From Opitutaceae bacterium (GTDB taxonomy: Bacteria; Verrucomicrobiota; Verrucomicrobiia; Opitutales; Coraliomargaritaceae), in contig JBPOFY010000001.1 of NCBI GenBank assembly GCA_051252375.1, forward strand, positions 480,001 to 544,000: a stretch of DNA of 64,000 nucleotides. The letters run 5' to 3'. The translations under genes were made by a program, and so were the position numbers. Below, piece by piece: positions 21,209-32,107 of the stretch; within the stretch, counting starts at the first letter, position 1, and each line of letters opens with the position of its first letter. Under the pieces are notes generated by a model. The model had not been told where the DNA came from and searched no databases. It worked only from the letters and a program-made list of their open reading frames with translations.

Positions 21209-22069
21209 TTACTTGGCGTCCGTGGTGACGCTGGAGCTTGGGGTAGATTCGGTGTGGCGCGCGGATTGCACAGGCCAGAGTGAGGCCATCGCGAGTAGGA
21301 AGAGTATGATCGCGGTAATGGCGTGTCGACGTGTGACGAGTTTCTTTTGCAGACGCAGGATGACTACGATGATGTAGCCGGCCCATATAACGCAAGTCAC
21401 CCCGAGTTTAAAGAAGGGCACTAAGTCGGGATTATTGACCCAGAAGACCGCCCCGAAGAGCAGGGCAGCAGTGAGGAAAATGACACCAGTGATCATGAGC
21501 CGCTTCGCCATGAGGTCGAGCTGCTGGACGGACGGCAGGTATTGGTAGAGCCCTTTGAATTGTTTCTTTTTAAGCCCGTGTTGCTGGATGAGGAACATCA
21601 CGGAAACCAATGCCACGATGGCAAATACCCCGTAGCTAAAGATGGCCAGCGCGGCGTGCAGTTCGATCCAAGGATTGCCGCCGAAGATACCCGCTGGATA
21701 GGGTTGGTCCCATGCTGGCACGAGTAGGCTACCTCCTGTGAGTAGTGCAGTTAAACCTGCGGCAAAAAAGCCAAGTAGGCGTAGCCTGAAGATTGGGCCG
21801 ACTATGAAATATAATAGCACCAGTGACCAAGCGATGAACTGGGCGATTTCGAAGGTATTACCCAATGGGCATGCCTTGATCGCGGCACCGCGTAGGTTGA
21901 GCCCTAGGGTCTGAATCAGAAACCCGCCGCTGAGAAGTGCGAACATGACTGCTCGCGGGTATGGCTTCTTTAAGAGCAGCGTGATACAGCCAAAGAGAAA
22001 AGCAGCCAGATAGATCGAGGCGCCGATTGCAAAAGCGGTTCGGTCAGTCATAGCGATGTCGTGCAGCAT
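21209..22069 (-). CDS. Cytochrome c assembly CcsA/HemX-like membrane protein
   Basis: About 8 TM helices, [13 protein letters not shown]; lies between hemH and hemA. Confidence 0.8.
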   Translation of the reverse strand: MLHDIAMTDRTAFAIGASIYLAAFLFGCITLLLKKPYPRAVMFALLSGGFLIQTLGLNLRGAAIKACPLGNTFEIAQFIAWSLVLLYFIVGPIFRLRLLGFFAAGLTALLTGGSLLVPAWDQPYPAGIFGGNPWIELHAALAIFSYGVFAIVALVSVMFLIQQHGLKKKQFKGLYQYLPSVQQLDLMAKRLMITGVIFLTAALLFGAVFWVNNPDLVPFFKLGVTCVIWAGYIIVVILRLQKKLVTRRHAITAIILFLLAMASLWPVQSARHTESTPSSSVTTDAK

Positions 22070-22155
22070 ATTTGGCGGGCGATGGATTCAGGTCAGTTCG
22101 TGGTGCTGAATAACCAATAGCGGAGGGCGTGCCTTATCAAGGCTTCTCTCCGCGC

Positions 22156-23223
22156 TTAACGCTGGATATAAGCAGGAGGCGTTGCGTGGGCGTGCTCTAA
22201 CTCACCTGCTTGCCATGCTTTAACTTTGTCGACGAGGAATTCGATGAATTTTGGGTGCTCGTTGAGGCAAGGGATTTGCTCGAACTCTTCGCCGCCTGCT
22301 TCCAAGAAAATGTCGCGGCCCTCTTCGGCGATTTCCTCTAAAGTTTCTAGGCAATCGGCAGTGAAGGCGGGGCACATCACCTTGACTCGTTTACAGCCGT
22401 CTTCTGCGAGTTTTTCCAATGTCTTGTCTGTGTAAGGTTGGAGCCATGGATCGCGACCGAGACGAGACTGGAACGTGATCATGTATTTGTCCTTAGGCAG
22501 TCCAGTGGCGGCGACGAACTTTTCGACCGTCATCGCGCATTGATGGCGGTAGCAGGTGCCATGTGCGGGGTGACAGGTGTTGCAACAATCGTGTGTGGTG
22601 AGGCAGTGGTTGTGTGACGGGTCTCCTTTAACGAGGTGACGTTGCGGTATGCCGTGGAAAGAGAAGACGAGTTTATCAAAGTCGCCTTTTTCGATCGAGG
22701 GTCGCGCATTCTCGACCATGGCTTCGATGTAAGCCGGATCTTGGTAGAATGGCTGCAAGAGCGTGGTCTTCATGTCTGGCTTTTGGGCACGAATCGCATC
22801 CATTGTGTGCACGACGGCAGTTTCATAGCTCGACATGGCGTAGTGCGGATACATGGGAACGATAAAGAGATCATCCACGCCCTGCTCGACGAGTCTGGCG
22901 ATGGCGTCTGGTGTGGACGGTGTGCCGTAGCGCATGCCTAATTCCACGGGGACATCGACTTGCTCTGCTAGCTTTGCGCGTTGCCCTTCCGAAATAAGTA
23001 TGAGCGGCGAACCTTCATCGCGCCAGATGCTGGCATAGGCTTCGGCAGATTCTTTTGGGCGTGTTGGTAGAATCAGGCAGTTGACGATAAACCATCGAAT
23101 CGGGAAAGGCGCATCGAGCACTCGGCCGTCCATGAGGAATTCACGAAGGTAGCGGCGAACGTCGCTGACTTCGGTGGAGTCGGGTGAGCCGAGATTGAGG
23201 AGTATGACGCCTTGCTTTGACAT
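22156..23223 (-). CDS. hemH: Ferrochelatase
   Basis: [39 protein letters not shown]. Confidence 0.96.
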   Translation of the reverse strand: MSKQGVILLNLGSPDSTEVSDVRRYLREFLMDGRVLDAPFPIRWFIVNCLILPTRPKESAEAYASIWRDEGSPLILISEGQRAKLAEQVDVPVELGMRYGTPSTPDAIARLVEQGVDDLFIVPMYPHYAMSSYETAVVHTMDAIRAQKPDMKTTLLQPFYQDPAYIEAMVENARPSIEKGDFDKLVFSFHGIPQRHLVKGDPSHNHCLTTHDCCNTCHPAHGTCYRHQCAMTVEKFVAATGLPKDKYMITFQSRLGRDPWLQPYTDKTLEKLAEDGCKRVKVMCPAFTADCLETLEEIAEEGRDIFLEAGGEEFEQIPCLNEHPKFIEFLVDKVKAWQAGELEHAHATPPAYIQR

Positions 23224-23348
23224 GGGCATAGAGAAGGGCAGCAAAACGGAACTTGTCAAACCGAAGGTCACAGTAGTGTTTGGCGCCGTGTTGATACTTC
23301 GCATGGAGTTGACACATTGGGCGTCTTTGCTATCACCTAGTGACTCAG

Positions 23349-23957
23349 ATGGGCACAGGTCTAAAATATCGCGTCCTTGTTCTGAACCGACTGTGGCAAG
23401 CAGTTAACATCGTCGGCGTTCAGCGCGCCTTCAGCCTCTTATTGCAAGACCATGCGCAGGTGATCTACACGGGCGACGAGAGTTTTCAGATGATGGATTC
23501 GGCCGCTTGGTTGGCGCTTTCGGAAGAGGAATCGCCGGATGATAATGAGGCATATGTGCAGACTGTTCGTATGCGTATCCGTGTGCCGAAGGTATTGCTC
23601 TTGCGCGAGTATGACCAATTGCCAGCGCGGGAAGTCCGGTTCTCCCGGGAGAGCCTTTTTGAGCGCGACAACTATCGCTGCCAGTATTGCGGCGATAACT
23701 TTGAAGAGAAGCATTTGAACATGGATCACGTCATCCCGAAGGATCGTGGCGGACGCACGTCTTGGGAAAATATTGTGACCTCGTGTATCAAATGTAATTC
23801 ACGGAAAGCGAATCGATTGCCGCACCAAGCAAGCATGCACTTAATTCGTAAACCGGAACGCCCTCGTTGGCGGCCTTTTATCAGTTCGTTAATCGGTCAG
23901 GATTATGACTCTGACTGGGACAACTTTATTAAGCTAAAGAAGCAGGGGAGTGCTTAG
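23349..23957 (+). CDS. HNH endonuclease (McrA-like)
   Basis: [35 protein letters not shown]. Confidence 0.92.
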   Translation: MGTGLKYRVLVLNRLWQAVNIVGVQRAFSLLLQDHAQVIYTGDESFQMMDSAAWLALSEEESPDDNEAYVQTVRMRIRVPKVLLLREYDQLPAREVRFSRESLFERDNYRCQYCGDNFEEKHLNMDHVIPKDRGGRTSWENIVTSCIKCNSRKANRLPHQASMHLIRKPERPRWRPFISSLIGQDYDSDWDNFIKLKKQGSA

Positions 23958-24244
23958 GCTGACGCTTCCGGCATTTCGCGGAAGAAGACGGCTGTCTTGC
24001 CGACACCGCCGATGTATTCGCAACCACGTTTCTCGACGATTTCCTCGCTATAGCCTTTGATGGCGGCACGTTCTGCTTCGAAGCGGATCTTGATGAGACC
24101 GTTTTTAAGTAGGGCCATTTCGATTTCGCCCATGACTGTCTCGCTCAGACCTTGCTTGCCGACGTGAAGGTGGGGCTTGAGCCGTTGGGCGAGACCGCGC
24201 AGCTCCTTTTTTTCGGCGCTGGAGAGTGGTGTGTTTTCTTCCAT
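23954..24244 (-). CDS. yhbY: YhbY/CRM RNA-binding protein
   Basis: LRGLAQRLKP..VGKQGL, LIKI, VGKTAV. Confidence 0.88.
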   Translation of the reverse strand: MEENTPLSSAEKKELRGLAQRLKPHLHVGKQGLSETVMGEIEMALLKNGLIKIRFEAERAAIKGYSEEIVEKRGCEYIGGVGKTAVFFREMPEASA

Positions 24245-24247
24245 AGT

Positions 24248-26083
24248 TTAATCCTTCGGGTCTGGAAGGGTCTTGTCGGCAATATTCTGTAGGAGTTCTC
24301 CCATGAACTCGGCGGGCGTCTTGAGACCTTCGAGTGCCTTGTTGGCGCGGGAGTTGACTTTAACTAGGCCTTCTTCGGCCTCCTGCTTGCCGAGCACGAG
24401 GAAGTTGGGGACCTTGTCGAGGTGGCACTTGCGGATCTTGGCGCCGAGTTTGTCGGCGATGGCGTCGACTGTGACACGGATCTTGGCAGCCTTGAGGAGT
24501 TTTTCGATTTCGCGCGCTTGTGGCACGAGATCATCATTCATAGGCAAGATACGGACTTGCTCCGGGGCGAGCCAAGTCGGGAAGCTACCTGCGAAGTGCT
24601 CGATTAGGACGCCGCAGAAACGCTCCATCGAACCGAATGGTGCGCGGTGGATCATGACGGGGCGGTGCTTCTCGTTGTCGGCACCGATATAGTTTAGATC
24701 GAAACGTTCGGGTAAGTTATAGTCCACTTGGACAGTCCCGAGTTGCCATTCGCGACCGATCACGTCCTTCACGACGAAGTCGATTTTAGGACCGTAGAAA
24801 GCGGCTTCGCCAGGTTCTTCGACGTAGTCTACGTCGAGCGTTTGCGCGGCTTCGCGCAGAGCGGCTTCAGCTTTGTCCCACTTCGCGGCATCGCCCACAT
24901 ACTTGGTGGAGTCCGGGTCGCGCAGGCCGATACGGACGCGGTAGTCCGACATGCCGAGTGTGGTGAATACGAGTTTCACCAAGTCGAGGCAGCCTTTGAT
25001 TTCTTGGCCGATCTGGTCTTCGGTGCAGAAGAGGTGGGCGTCGTCTTGTGTAAATCCGCGGACACGGGTCATGCCGTTCAGTTCGCCGGATTGTTCCCAG
25101 CGATAAACAGTGCCGAATTCGGCGAGGCGAACAGGCAGGTCGCGGTAAGAGTGCGGCTGGCTGTCGAAGACCTTGATGTGCATTGGGCAGTTCATCGGCT
25201 TGAGCAGGTAGCCATCAATTTCGCCGGAATCGAGTTGATTGGAGAGGTCGCCACAGGAGCAGCCTTCGGCGGCGAGTCGTTCGACTGTGCCAGGCTCAAC
25301 GATCGGCGGGAATTGCGATTCCTTGTAGTAAGGGAAGTGTCCCGATGTGCGGTAGAGACCGAGCTTGCCGATGTGCGGCGTGAAAACTTGATCGTAGTCG
25401 GCCATGCGCAGTTCTTCGGCGATGAAGTTCTGCAGCTCTTGGCGGATGACTGCGCCATTGGGCGTCCAGAGTGTGAGGCCTGCTCCGACGGCTTCGTCGA
25501 TATGGAACAGTTTTAAATCTTTGCCTAGCTTGCGGTGGTCGCGGGCTTTGGCTTGCTCTAGGCGCTCTAGGTGCTCGGTGAGTTCGTCCTTGCTTGCAAA
25601 AGCGGTGCCGTAGATGCGTTGGAGTTGCTTGTTGTTCTCGTCGCCGCGGTGATAAGCACCAGCGATGGAGAGCAGCTTAAAGGCTTTGATCTTTTTGGTG
25701 TATCCTACGTGAGGACCGGCGCAAAGGTCGACAAACTCACCGTTTTGGTAGAAGCTGACTTGTTCGCCTTCTGGCACGTCGTCGAGGCGTCCGAGCTTAT
25801 AGGTCTCTTGTCCGATTTCTTTGATTTTGGCGATGGCGTCTTCGCGTGAGCACTCGATGCGGGTGAAGCGCTGGTTTTCTTTGATCACCTTCTTCATCTC
25901 GGCCTCGATTTTTTCGAGGTCGGTGGCGTCGAGCTTCTTATTCAGATCGATGTCGTAGTAGAAGCCACTGTCGGTGGGAGGGCCGATATCGAGCTGCGTT
26001 TCCGGGTAGAGACGTAGGATCGCGGTGGCGAGCACGTGCGAGCATGAGTGGCGGAGTTCCTCGAGTGGGGACATTTCTTTCAT
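24248..26083 (-). CDS. thrS: Threonine-tRNA ligase
   Basis: RHSCSH, DLCAGPH, KPMNCPMH, RVRGFTQDDAH, HRAPFGSMERF. Confidence 0.98.
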   Translation of the reverse strand: MKEMSPLEELRHSCSHVLATAILRLYPETQLDIGPPTDSGFYYDIDLNKKLDATDLEKIEAEMKKVIKENQRFTRIECSREDAIAKIKEIGQETYKLGRLDDVPEGEQVSFYQNGEFVDLCAGPHVGYTKKIKAFKLLSIAGAYHRGDENNKQLQRIYGTAFASKDELTEHLERLEQAKARDHRKLGKDLKLFHIDEAVGAGLTLWTPNGAVIRQELQNFIAEELRMADYDQVFTPHIGKLGLYRTSGHFPYYKESQFPPIVEPGTVERLAAEGCSCGDLSNQLDSGEIDGYLLKPMNCPMHIKVFDSQPHSYRDLPVRLAEFGTVYRWEQSGELNGMTRVRGFTQDDAHLFCTEDQIGQEIKGCLDLVKLVFTTLGMSDYRVRIGLRDPDSTKYVGDAAKWDKAEAALREAAQTLDVDYVEEPGEAAFYGPKIDFVVKDVIGREWQLGTVQVDYNLPERFDLNYIGADNEKHRPVMIHRAPFGSMERFCGVLIEHFAGSFPTWLAPEQVRILPMNDDLVPQAREIEKLLKAAKIRVTVDAIADKLGAKIRKCHLDKVPNFLVLGKQEAEEGLVKVNSRANKALEGLKTPAEFMGELLQNIADKTLPDPKD

Positions 26084-26163
26084 AGTATGAACGATTTAAA
26101 ATTCTGAAGTGAGAAGACAGAAGGCTGCTCGCGAGTAGTCAATGCCAGAAAGGCGTCGACCGG

Positions 26164-27036
26164 TTACCCTTTGTAGGCGAATGCGGGGACTCCTTTGACG
26201 CCCAACCCGTCGATGACGAAGAGTTTGCCGGCATCTGGTTCATCGAAGCCGGGCTTGAGCCCTGTCGTCACAAAGAGGCGGTCTAAGTTTGGCCCGCCGA
26301 AGGCGCAAGCAGTGGTTTCGATACAGGGTAGGTCGACCCGAAGGAGTTCTTTGTTTTTCACGGGGTCGAAGCGAACGACGCATCCGCCGTGGCAAAACGC
26401 GACCCATAGGTTATCATCAGCATCGATGGTCATGCCATCAGGAGAGCTGGCGTAGCCTTTTGCGCCGGTATCGATGACCGCACGAGGGTTGCTGATTGCG
26501 CCGGTAGCGAGATTGTAATCGTAGGCGCGGATCTCTTTTGTGGGCGTGTCGATGTAGAACATCGTTTTAGCATCCGCACTCCAGCAGATACCGTTCGAGT
26601 TGGTGACGTTGGGGATTTTTAGGCTGAGGCTGCCATCAGTTTCGAGGCAGTAGAGGTTCGCGGTGCCTTCGTTTTTGACTAGGCTGATCGTGCCTGCCCA
26701 AAAGCGCCCAGCGGGGTCACACTTGCCGTCATTGAAACGATTGGCATCGCGTAGCTCCGCTTCGGGATCGGCTAGGTTGGCTTTGGCTTCTGTTTCCGGA
26801 TTGAACCGAATGAAACCGGTGTCGCCTGCATAGATGTAGTCGTTCGTAGTTGTGGGAACGACGGTGCCGATGCGTTCACCGATCTCCCAGACTTTCTCTT
26901 CGCCGGTGTCGGGGTTGAGTTTGATCAATCGTTTGTCGTTGGTATCGACGTAGAGGAGGTGGTCTTCCCACCAGATCGGGGTCTCCCCCCAGAGTGCAGT
27001 ATATTGGCCGATGGCAGTGATGGTAGGCTTAGTCAT
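26164..27036 (-). CDS. SMP-30/gluconolactonase/LRE family protein
   Basis: GETPIW, RFNDGKCDPAGRFWAGT, SNGICWS, PDGMTID. Confidence 0.93.
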   Translation of the reverse strand: MTKPTITAIGQYTALWGETPIWWEDHLLYVDTNDKRLIKLNPDTGEEKVWEIGERIGTVVPTTTNDYIYAGDTGFIRFNPETEAKANLADPEAELRDANRFNDGKCDPAGRFWAGTISLVKNEGTANLYCLETDGSLSLKIPNVTNSNGICWSADAKTMFYIDTPTKEIRAYDYNLATGAISNPRAVIDTGAKGYASSPDGMTIDADDNLWVAFCHGGCVVRFDPVKNKELLRVDLPCIETTACAFGGPNLDRLFVTTGLKPGFDEPDAGKLFVIDGLGVKGVPAFAYKG

Positions 27037-27083
27037 ATAGTTGCTTTATTGAAGACTATGCTGCACCTCGTCAATAGGTTGCC

Positions 27084-27114
27084 AAAAAAAGGCCATCGAT
27101 CGACGATGGCCTTT
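27084..27114 (-). terminator. Intrinsic terminator
   Basis: AAAAAAAGGCCATCG-ATCGA-CGATGGCCTTT. Confidence 0.8.
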
Positions 27115-27139
27115 GATATGAAAAGTGATGTAGGTGTGA

Positions 27140-27652
27140 CTACTTTTTCCGTTTAGGGGTACCGGAGGCATTGTCGCCTTTCCCGATTAGCCCTTTGGCT
27201 GCTTCTTTATGCTCCAAAATTAGATCGTAGGCAGGACCTTCAGACTCGTCGATATAGACGTGCCCGCGCTCTAAGAGATGGAAGGTGCCGCGTAGTCGCT
27301 TGCTATCGACTCTTTCAGATGAGCCGCGATCAATGTCGGGCATACTGCCATATTTTCTGACAAAAGAGGTGGCATCTTCGGTGAGTACTGCGACGACGAT
27401 GGAACCACCACGCATTTGATTGTCATCATCTTTAGTATGAGCGAGGAAGAAGCTGACGCCTTCCACTTGGGGCCCACCATTGATGCGAGTGACAAAGATA
27501 CAATCGACGTCGACGCGCTTGGTATCGAACTCTTCGGGGTGGCTTTTGTAGTAGCGGGCGGAATCTTTACCAGCGTCCGAGCCAGCAAAACTAGGGGTTA
27601 ATAGCGCAATAGAGGCTACGAAGATAACGAGTATTTTGGATATATGTTTCAT
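27140..27652 (-). CDS. Exported hypothetical protein
   Basis: Signal peptide, 170 aa, followed by a terminator. Confidence 0.7.
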   Translation of the reverse strand: MKHISKILVIFVASIALLTPSFAGSDAGKDSARYYKSHPEEFDTKRVDVDCIFVTRINGGPQVEGVSFFLAHTKDDDNQMRGGSIVVAVLTEDATSFVRKYGSMPDIDRGSSERVDSKRLRGTFHLLERGHVYIDESEGPAYDLILEHKEAAKGLIGKGDNASGTPKRKK

Positions 27653-27748
27653 GGTAGATAATATTGAATGGTTCAGTTAAAAATCGTCGCAAAGAGCAGA
27701 ATGTTTCAGATTTTTTTGCGATGCTTCTATGGCTATTGTTTCGATTGA

Positions 27749-29194
27749 TTATTTCGCGCTTTGACTGAGCTCAAAGCCTTTTTTGCTGTCTTTGATGATC
27801 CATCCTTGAGCTAACACGGCATCACGAAGCTCATCGGCTTTAGCCCAATCTTTGGCTTGCTTGGCGTCCCAACGGGCTTGGGCGAGTGTGATAACCGCTT
27901 CTGGGGCATCAGATTGCTTAGGCTCGGCGGTGAAGAGTTTTAGCCCGAGGGCGTAGAGTAGGCTGCCAAAGGCGCGAAGCAGTGAGCGCGCGGCTTCGGC
28001 ATCGAGCGATGCTGCAGGGTTTGAGCCGACAACTCCAAAAATCGCACCTAAGCAAGCTGCGGTATTGAGATTGGTGCGAAGTGCGTCCCACGCTTTCTCG
28101 AGTCGACCGAAGTCTGCGGGGGCTTCTGTTGTCACGTAAGTATCGTTGAACTGTTCGGTCGCTTCACCGGTCTTTGCTAGCAGTGATTCCGCGAAACGCT
28201 CGAGCTTTGAAAGGGCGCTTTGCGAGGCATGCAGTCCATCGAATGTGAAGTTGAGCTGTTGGCGATAGCTGCCTGATATGAGCGTGTAGCGCACAATCAT
28301 CGGGTCGAAGCCTTTTGCGCGCAGGTCGTCGAGCGTGTAAAGGTTACCGAGGCTTTTGGACATCTTGGCACCTTCGACCATGAGGTGGGCGCTGTGAAAC
28401 CAGTGTTTGCAAAAGTCGTGCCCATGGGCGCATTCCGACTGTGCGATTTCGTTTTCATGGTGCGGGAAGCAAAGATCGATGCCGCCCCCGTGCAGATCGA
28501 TGGTTTCACCATCAAAGGCACTGTCGACCATGGCGGAACACTCTAGGTGCCAGCCTGGGCGGCCTTCGCCCCATGGGCTGGGCCAATAGTTGGCGCCGTC
28601 CTCAGGCTTGCGGGATTTCCAGAGCGCAAAGTCGGTGACCGACTCGCGATCATACTCGTCGGCGTCGTTGACCTCGCCTGCGGAGTTCTCATTTTGGGTT
28701 TTGAGTTCGCGTTGTTTCAGTTTGGAGAGGCGCCCGTAGTCTTCAAAGGAGTTGACGCGGAAATAAACTGAGCCGTCCTCGGTAGCGTAGGCGTGGCCTT
28801 TCTCGATGAGTTTTTCAATCAGTGCGATTTGCTGTGGGATGTGTGCGACGGCGCTCGGCTCGATACTTGGGGACAGCATGTTCAATGCTTCACAATCGGC
28901 GTGGAACTTGTCGGTCCATTTGGCTGTAAATTCTCCGAGAGACAGGCTTTCCGCCATGGATTGGCGAATGGTTTTGTCGTCCAAGTCGGTGATGTTACGC
29001 ACGTGCTTGACCTTTGTGCCGTCGACTTCGAGGACGCGGCGCAGCGTGTCTTGTATCAGGAACGTGCGGAAGTTGCCGATGTGCGCGGGACCATAAACAG
29101 TAGGACCGCAGCAGTAAAAGCGCAGCGGTTTGCCGTTCTCTGAGGAGAGTGGTTGGATGGATCGGCTGAGTGTGTCGTAGAGTTGAACGGACAT
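27749..29194 (-). CDS. cysS: Cysteine-tRNA ligase
   Basis: CGPTVY..AHIGN, GRPGWHLECS, FPHHENE, KMSKS. Confidence 0.98.
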   Translation of the reverse strand: MSVQLYDTLSRSIQPLSSENGKPLRFYCCGPTVYGPAHIGNFRTFLIQDTLRRVLEVDGTKVKHVRNITDLDDKTIRQSMAESLSLGEFTAKWTDKFHADCEALNMLSPSIEPSAVAHIPQQIALIEKLIEKGHAYATEDGSVYFRVNSFEDYGRLSKLKQRELKTQNENSAGEVNDADEYDRESVTDFALWKSRKPEDGANYWPSPWGEGRPGWHLECSAMVDSAFDGETIDLHGGGIDLCFPHHENEIAQSECAHGHDFCKHWFHSAHLMVEGAKMSKSLGNLYTLDDLRAKGFDPMIVRYTLISGSYRQQLNFTFDGLHASQSALSKLERFAESLLAKTGEATEQFNDTYVTTEAPADFGRLEKAWDALRTNLNTAACLGAIFGVVGSNPAASLDAEAARSLLRAFGSLLYALGLKLFTAEPKQSDAPEAVITLAQARWDAKQAKDWAKADELRDAVLAQGWIIKDSKKGFELSQSAK

Positions 29195-29211
29195 GTTGCC
29201 ATGAATGGCAG

Positions 29212-29303
29212 AGTGCAGGTGAAAGTGAAGGTGAAAATGGTGGTGAATGCGCGCTTTGTGCAGTCGTCATTTTACACTTTCACTTTCACTGCCACTTGGC
29301 ACT
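29212..29303. repeat. Inverted arrays of hexamer tandem repeats (RGTGAA / TTCACT)
   Basis: agtgca ggtgaa agtgaa ggtgaa ... tacact ttcact ttcact gccact. Confidence 0.75.
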
Positions 29304-29312
29304 CTTACCGAT

Positions 29313-30323
29313 ATGCAAGAAAGCTATCGCTTAGATTTAACTCGTCGTCCGCGCCGCATGCGCCGTTCTGGGGCGTTGCGTGCTTTGGCTAATGAGACTT
29401 CGGTCTTACCGCAGCACCTGATCCAGCCGGTATTTGTGATCGATGGTGAAGGAGCTGCCGAGGCGATCGATTCGATGCCAGGCATTCATCGCTTGACCAT
29501 ACCTTTACTCATCGAGGAATGCCGTGAGTTGCTGGCATTGGGTATTTCCGCTGTAGCGCTGTTTCCAAAACTGGAAGCTTCTTTGAAAAGCGACGATGGG
29601 CGGGAAGCGTTGAACCCCAATACATTAGTGCTACGCGCCATTCGTGCGATTAAGGCAGAGGTGCCTGAAATGGCTGTTATTACAGATCTCGCGCTCGATC
29701 CTTACACGACGCACGGGCATGATGGGCTGTTAGATTTAACCACTGGTGATTTAGCCAATGATGCCACTGTTGAGATATTGGCTGAAATGGCTGTGCTCGC
29801 TGCCGAGGCTGGTGTGGATTTGGTGGCTCCGTCTGATATGATGGACGGTCGAGTCGGTGCGATCCGTGCGGAGCTCGATGCGAATAGTTATGAATTAACT
29901 GGTATCATGGCGTATTCGGCTAAGTTTGCTTCGGCTTTTTATGGGCCGTTTCGAGACGCGGTGGGCAGTGCGAGTAGCGCGGGCACCAAGAGCTTGGACA
30001 AGCGCACCTATCAATTGAATCCGGCAAATCGGCGTGAGGCTTTAATGGAAATCGCTTTAGATGAAGAAGAAGGTGCGGATATTTTGATGGTGAAACCCGC
30101 GGGTCCTTACCTCGACATCATCCGTGAAGTGCGGGAGGAGACAGAATTGCCCCTCGCAGCGTATCAAGTGTCCGGCGAGTATGCGCAGATCATGGCTGCT
30201 GCTCAGAATGGCTGGCTCGATCTCGAAAAGTGCAGAGACGAGTCGCTACTGGCGATTCGTCGCGCGGGGGCCGATATGATTTTAACTTACTTCGCAAAGG
30301 AATTTGCGAAGAGTCAGGCTTAG
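29313..30323 (+). CDS. hemB: Porphobilinogen synthase (Asp-rich, non-Zn type)
   Basis: DLALDPYTTHGHDG, APSDMMDGR, MVKP, AYQVSGEY; start at MQESYR. Confidence 0.97.
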   Translation: MQESYRLDLTRRPRRMRRSGALRALANETSVLPQHLIQPVFVIDGEGAAEAIDSMPGIHRLTIPLLIEECRELLALGISAVALFPKLEASLKSDDGREALNPNTLVLRAIRAIKAEVPEMAVITDLALDPYTTHGHDGLLDLTTGDLANDATVEILAEMAVLAAEAGVDLVAPSDMMDGRVGAIRAELDANSYELTGIMAYSAKFASAFYGPFRDAVGSASSAGTKSLDKRTYQLNPANRREALMEIALDEEEGADILMVKPAGPYLDIIREVREETELPLAAYQVSGEYAQIMAAAQNGWLDLEKCRDESLLAIRRAGADMILTYFAKEFAKSQA

Positions 30324-31372
30324 TTCTCGCGGCGAGATTTGCGTTTTTCGGCGTATTGTCGGCGGCGTGCGAGTTCTCGCATATCAACTGCCGGATCGTC
30401 GTCCTCAAAGATTTCTTGCCCGATAATGTGTTCGATAACGTCTTCCATCGTGATGACGCCCGACATGGAGCCATACTCATCAACCGCGATCGCTAGTTGT
30501 TGATGCTCTTTTAAGAATTTTTGCAAAGCATCTGACGCGGCTGCATTGTCTGGCACGAAGATGGGGTCATTCATCAGTTCGGAAATGCGGATATGATCTT
30601 CATCTTTAGCTTTGGCGCTGAGAATATCGCGTCGGCGCACAATACCGACAATGTTGTCTGTGTCGTCGTGATAAACCGGTATCCGAGCAAAGGGGACATC
30701 CATCGTCTTGTTGAACAGTGAACCGATGGTCTCTTCGCCGTCGATTACATGCACAACAGTGCGCGGGGTCATGATTTCGTTGACATGTAATTCGTCGAGG
30801 CGAAGAGCATTATTGATCATGTCGCGCTCATTGGCGGTGAGTGTGCCTTCTTTCGCGCTCTTCTCCGCGAGTAGCAAAATTTCCTCGTCACTGTCCGTCG
30901 GGGTGGTTGATGGGCGAAGGAGAAATTTGACCAAGAAGCCAACCACCGTGGAGATTGGCTTCATCACAGCGCAGAGCCAACTCAATGGGAACACGAGTAT
31001 CGGTTGCAGTGCCGGGCGATAGATGACGCCCATATTTTTTGGAATGATTTCTGAAAAGAAGAGAATCGCCAATGCCATCGCGCTGGAGATCTTGAGCAGC
31101 ACGTTTGAGTCTTCCGGCCAGATTTTCACAGCAAGGCCGCCAACCATGGTCGCGCCGAGCGTGTTGGCGATCGTGTTCAGACTCAGTATGGCAGAGCTGG
31201 TTTCTTCCAGTTCCATCTTGTATTTTTCCAGCTTTTCACCGCGCTTTGGGTGAGCCTTTTTGAGCCCTTCGATCTCAGCGGTAGTCGTGCTGAGTATCAT
31301 TGCCTCGAGGATCGAGCACAGTGCAGAGACGCCTATGGTAAAGACGATGGCGAGAATGAATGCTGGAATCAT
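30320..31372 (-). CDS. CNNM (DUF21)/CBS hemolysin-family membrane protein
   Basis: CSILEA, LNTIANTLGA, SEIIPK, IMTPR, VDEYG; start at MIPAFI. Confidence 0.92.
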   Translation of the reverse strand: MIPAFILAIVFTIGVSALCSILEAMILSTTTAEIEGLKKAHPKRGEKLEKYKMELEETSSAILSLNTIANTLGATMVGGLAVKIWPEDSNVLLKISSAMALAILFFSEIIPKNMGVIYRPALQPILVFPLSWLCAVMKPISTVVGFLVKFLLRPSTTPTDSDEEILLLAEKSAKEGTLTANERDMINNALRLDELHVNEIMTPRTVVHVIDGEETIGSLFNKTMDVPFARIPVYHDDTDNIVGIVRRRDILSAKAKDEDHIRISELMNDPIFVPDNAAASDALQKFLKEHQQLAIAVDEYGSMSGVITMEDVIEHIIGQEIFEDDDPAVDMRELARRRQYAEKRKSRREN

Positions 31373-31530
31373 TAGAAAGGTGTTGTCCGAACGAGGTGAG
31401 TTTGCCCTCATTTTAAGCACATGCACGGATAAGCACTGGCAGCAGTCCATGATTCCTACGGGGTAGGTTCAAGCACTTTTCGCTACAAAATGTGTGCTCG
31501 AATTAGGGTGAAGTCTCTGCTCCTATGGTC

Positions 31531-31560
31531 TTGACCATTCTGGGGCGATGTTGATATCTT
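31531..31560 (+). promoter_or_regulatory. Candidate sigma-70 promoter of PEGA gene 1
   Basis: TTGACC-N18-TATCTT. Confidence 0.45.
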
Positions 31561-31595
31561 CCTAGGTTCAGCTCGGCTTTCCCCTTTTGTTATCT

Positions 31596-31970
31596 ATGAA
31601 ATCTCAATCCCTTGTATCTCTTGTCGTGTTTACGACGCTTAGTAGCCTCTTCTTTACTGGATGTGCATCGCTTGACCGTGGGGTTCCCCAAAAGGTCTCA
31701 ATTGATTCGTCTCCTCCTGGCGCAACGGTCTTCATCAATGGTGAAGAATACGGTGTCACGCCCTTGGAAGTGAAGCTGGCTCGTAAGCTCAATCATGAGA
31801 TACGCATGGAGAAAACGGGTTTTCAACCTGTGCTCGAATATATTGCACCAGCCTCCAACGGTCAGAGCCGGGACTTTGTTCGGCTCGGTATATTTGAAGA
31901 TTTAGGCTATTATGTCGACCTAGAGCCGCGTGCTTTGGATGTTGCGCTTAAAACCAAAGGGGAGAAGTAG
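31596..31970 (+). CDS. PEGA-domain lipoprotein (paralog 1)
   Basis: Lipobox FTGC; SSPPGATVFINGEEYGVTP. Confidence 0.85.
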   Translation: MKSQSLVSLVVFTTLSSLFFTGCASLDRGVPQKVSIDSSPPGATVFINGEEYGVTPLEVKLARKLNHEIRMEKTGFQPVLEYIAPASNGQSRDFVRLGIFEDLGYYVDLEPRALDVALKTKGEK

Positions 31971-32038
31971 TTCTTTCAGTCGGACAGTAATTGGCTACGT
32001 TAGCACCCTGAATAGGCACCTACTGCTTTGCTAAAGTC

Positions 32039-32068
32039 TTGACCGTCATCGTTACTCCAAACTATTCT
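32039..32068 (+). promoter_or_regulatory. Candidate sigma-70 promoter of PEGA gene 2
   Basis: TTGACC-N18-TATTCT. Confidence 0.45.
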
Positions 32069-32107
32069 CCCACCCACTTGTATTTCCGTTTATTTCGCCC
32101 ACATTAT

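Noticed and set aside
23349..23957. HNH gene as a defence system or IscB/Cas9 relative
   Set aside because: Common stand-alone McrA-like HNH among core genes; no RuvC motifs, methylase or RNA array nearby.
25230..25310. ThrS insert with CSC and missing N-terminal TGS domain
   Set aside because: Not palindromic or repeat-derived; probably a lineage-level variant.
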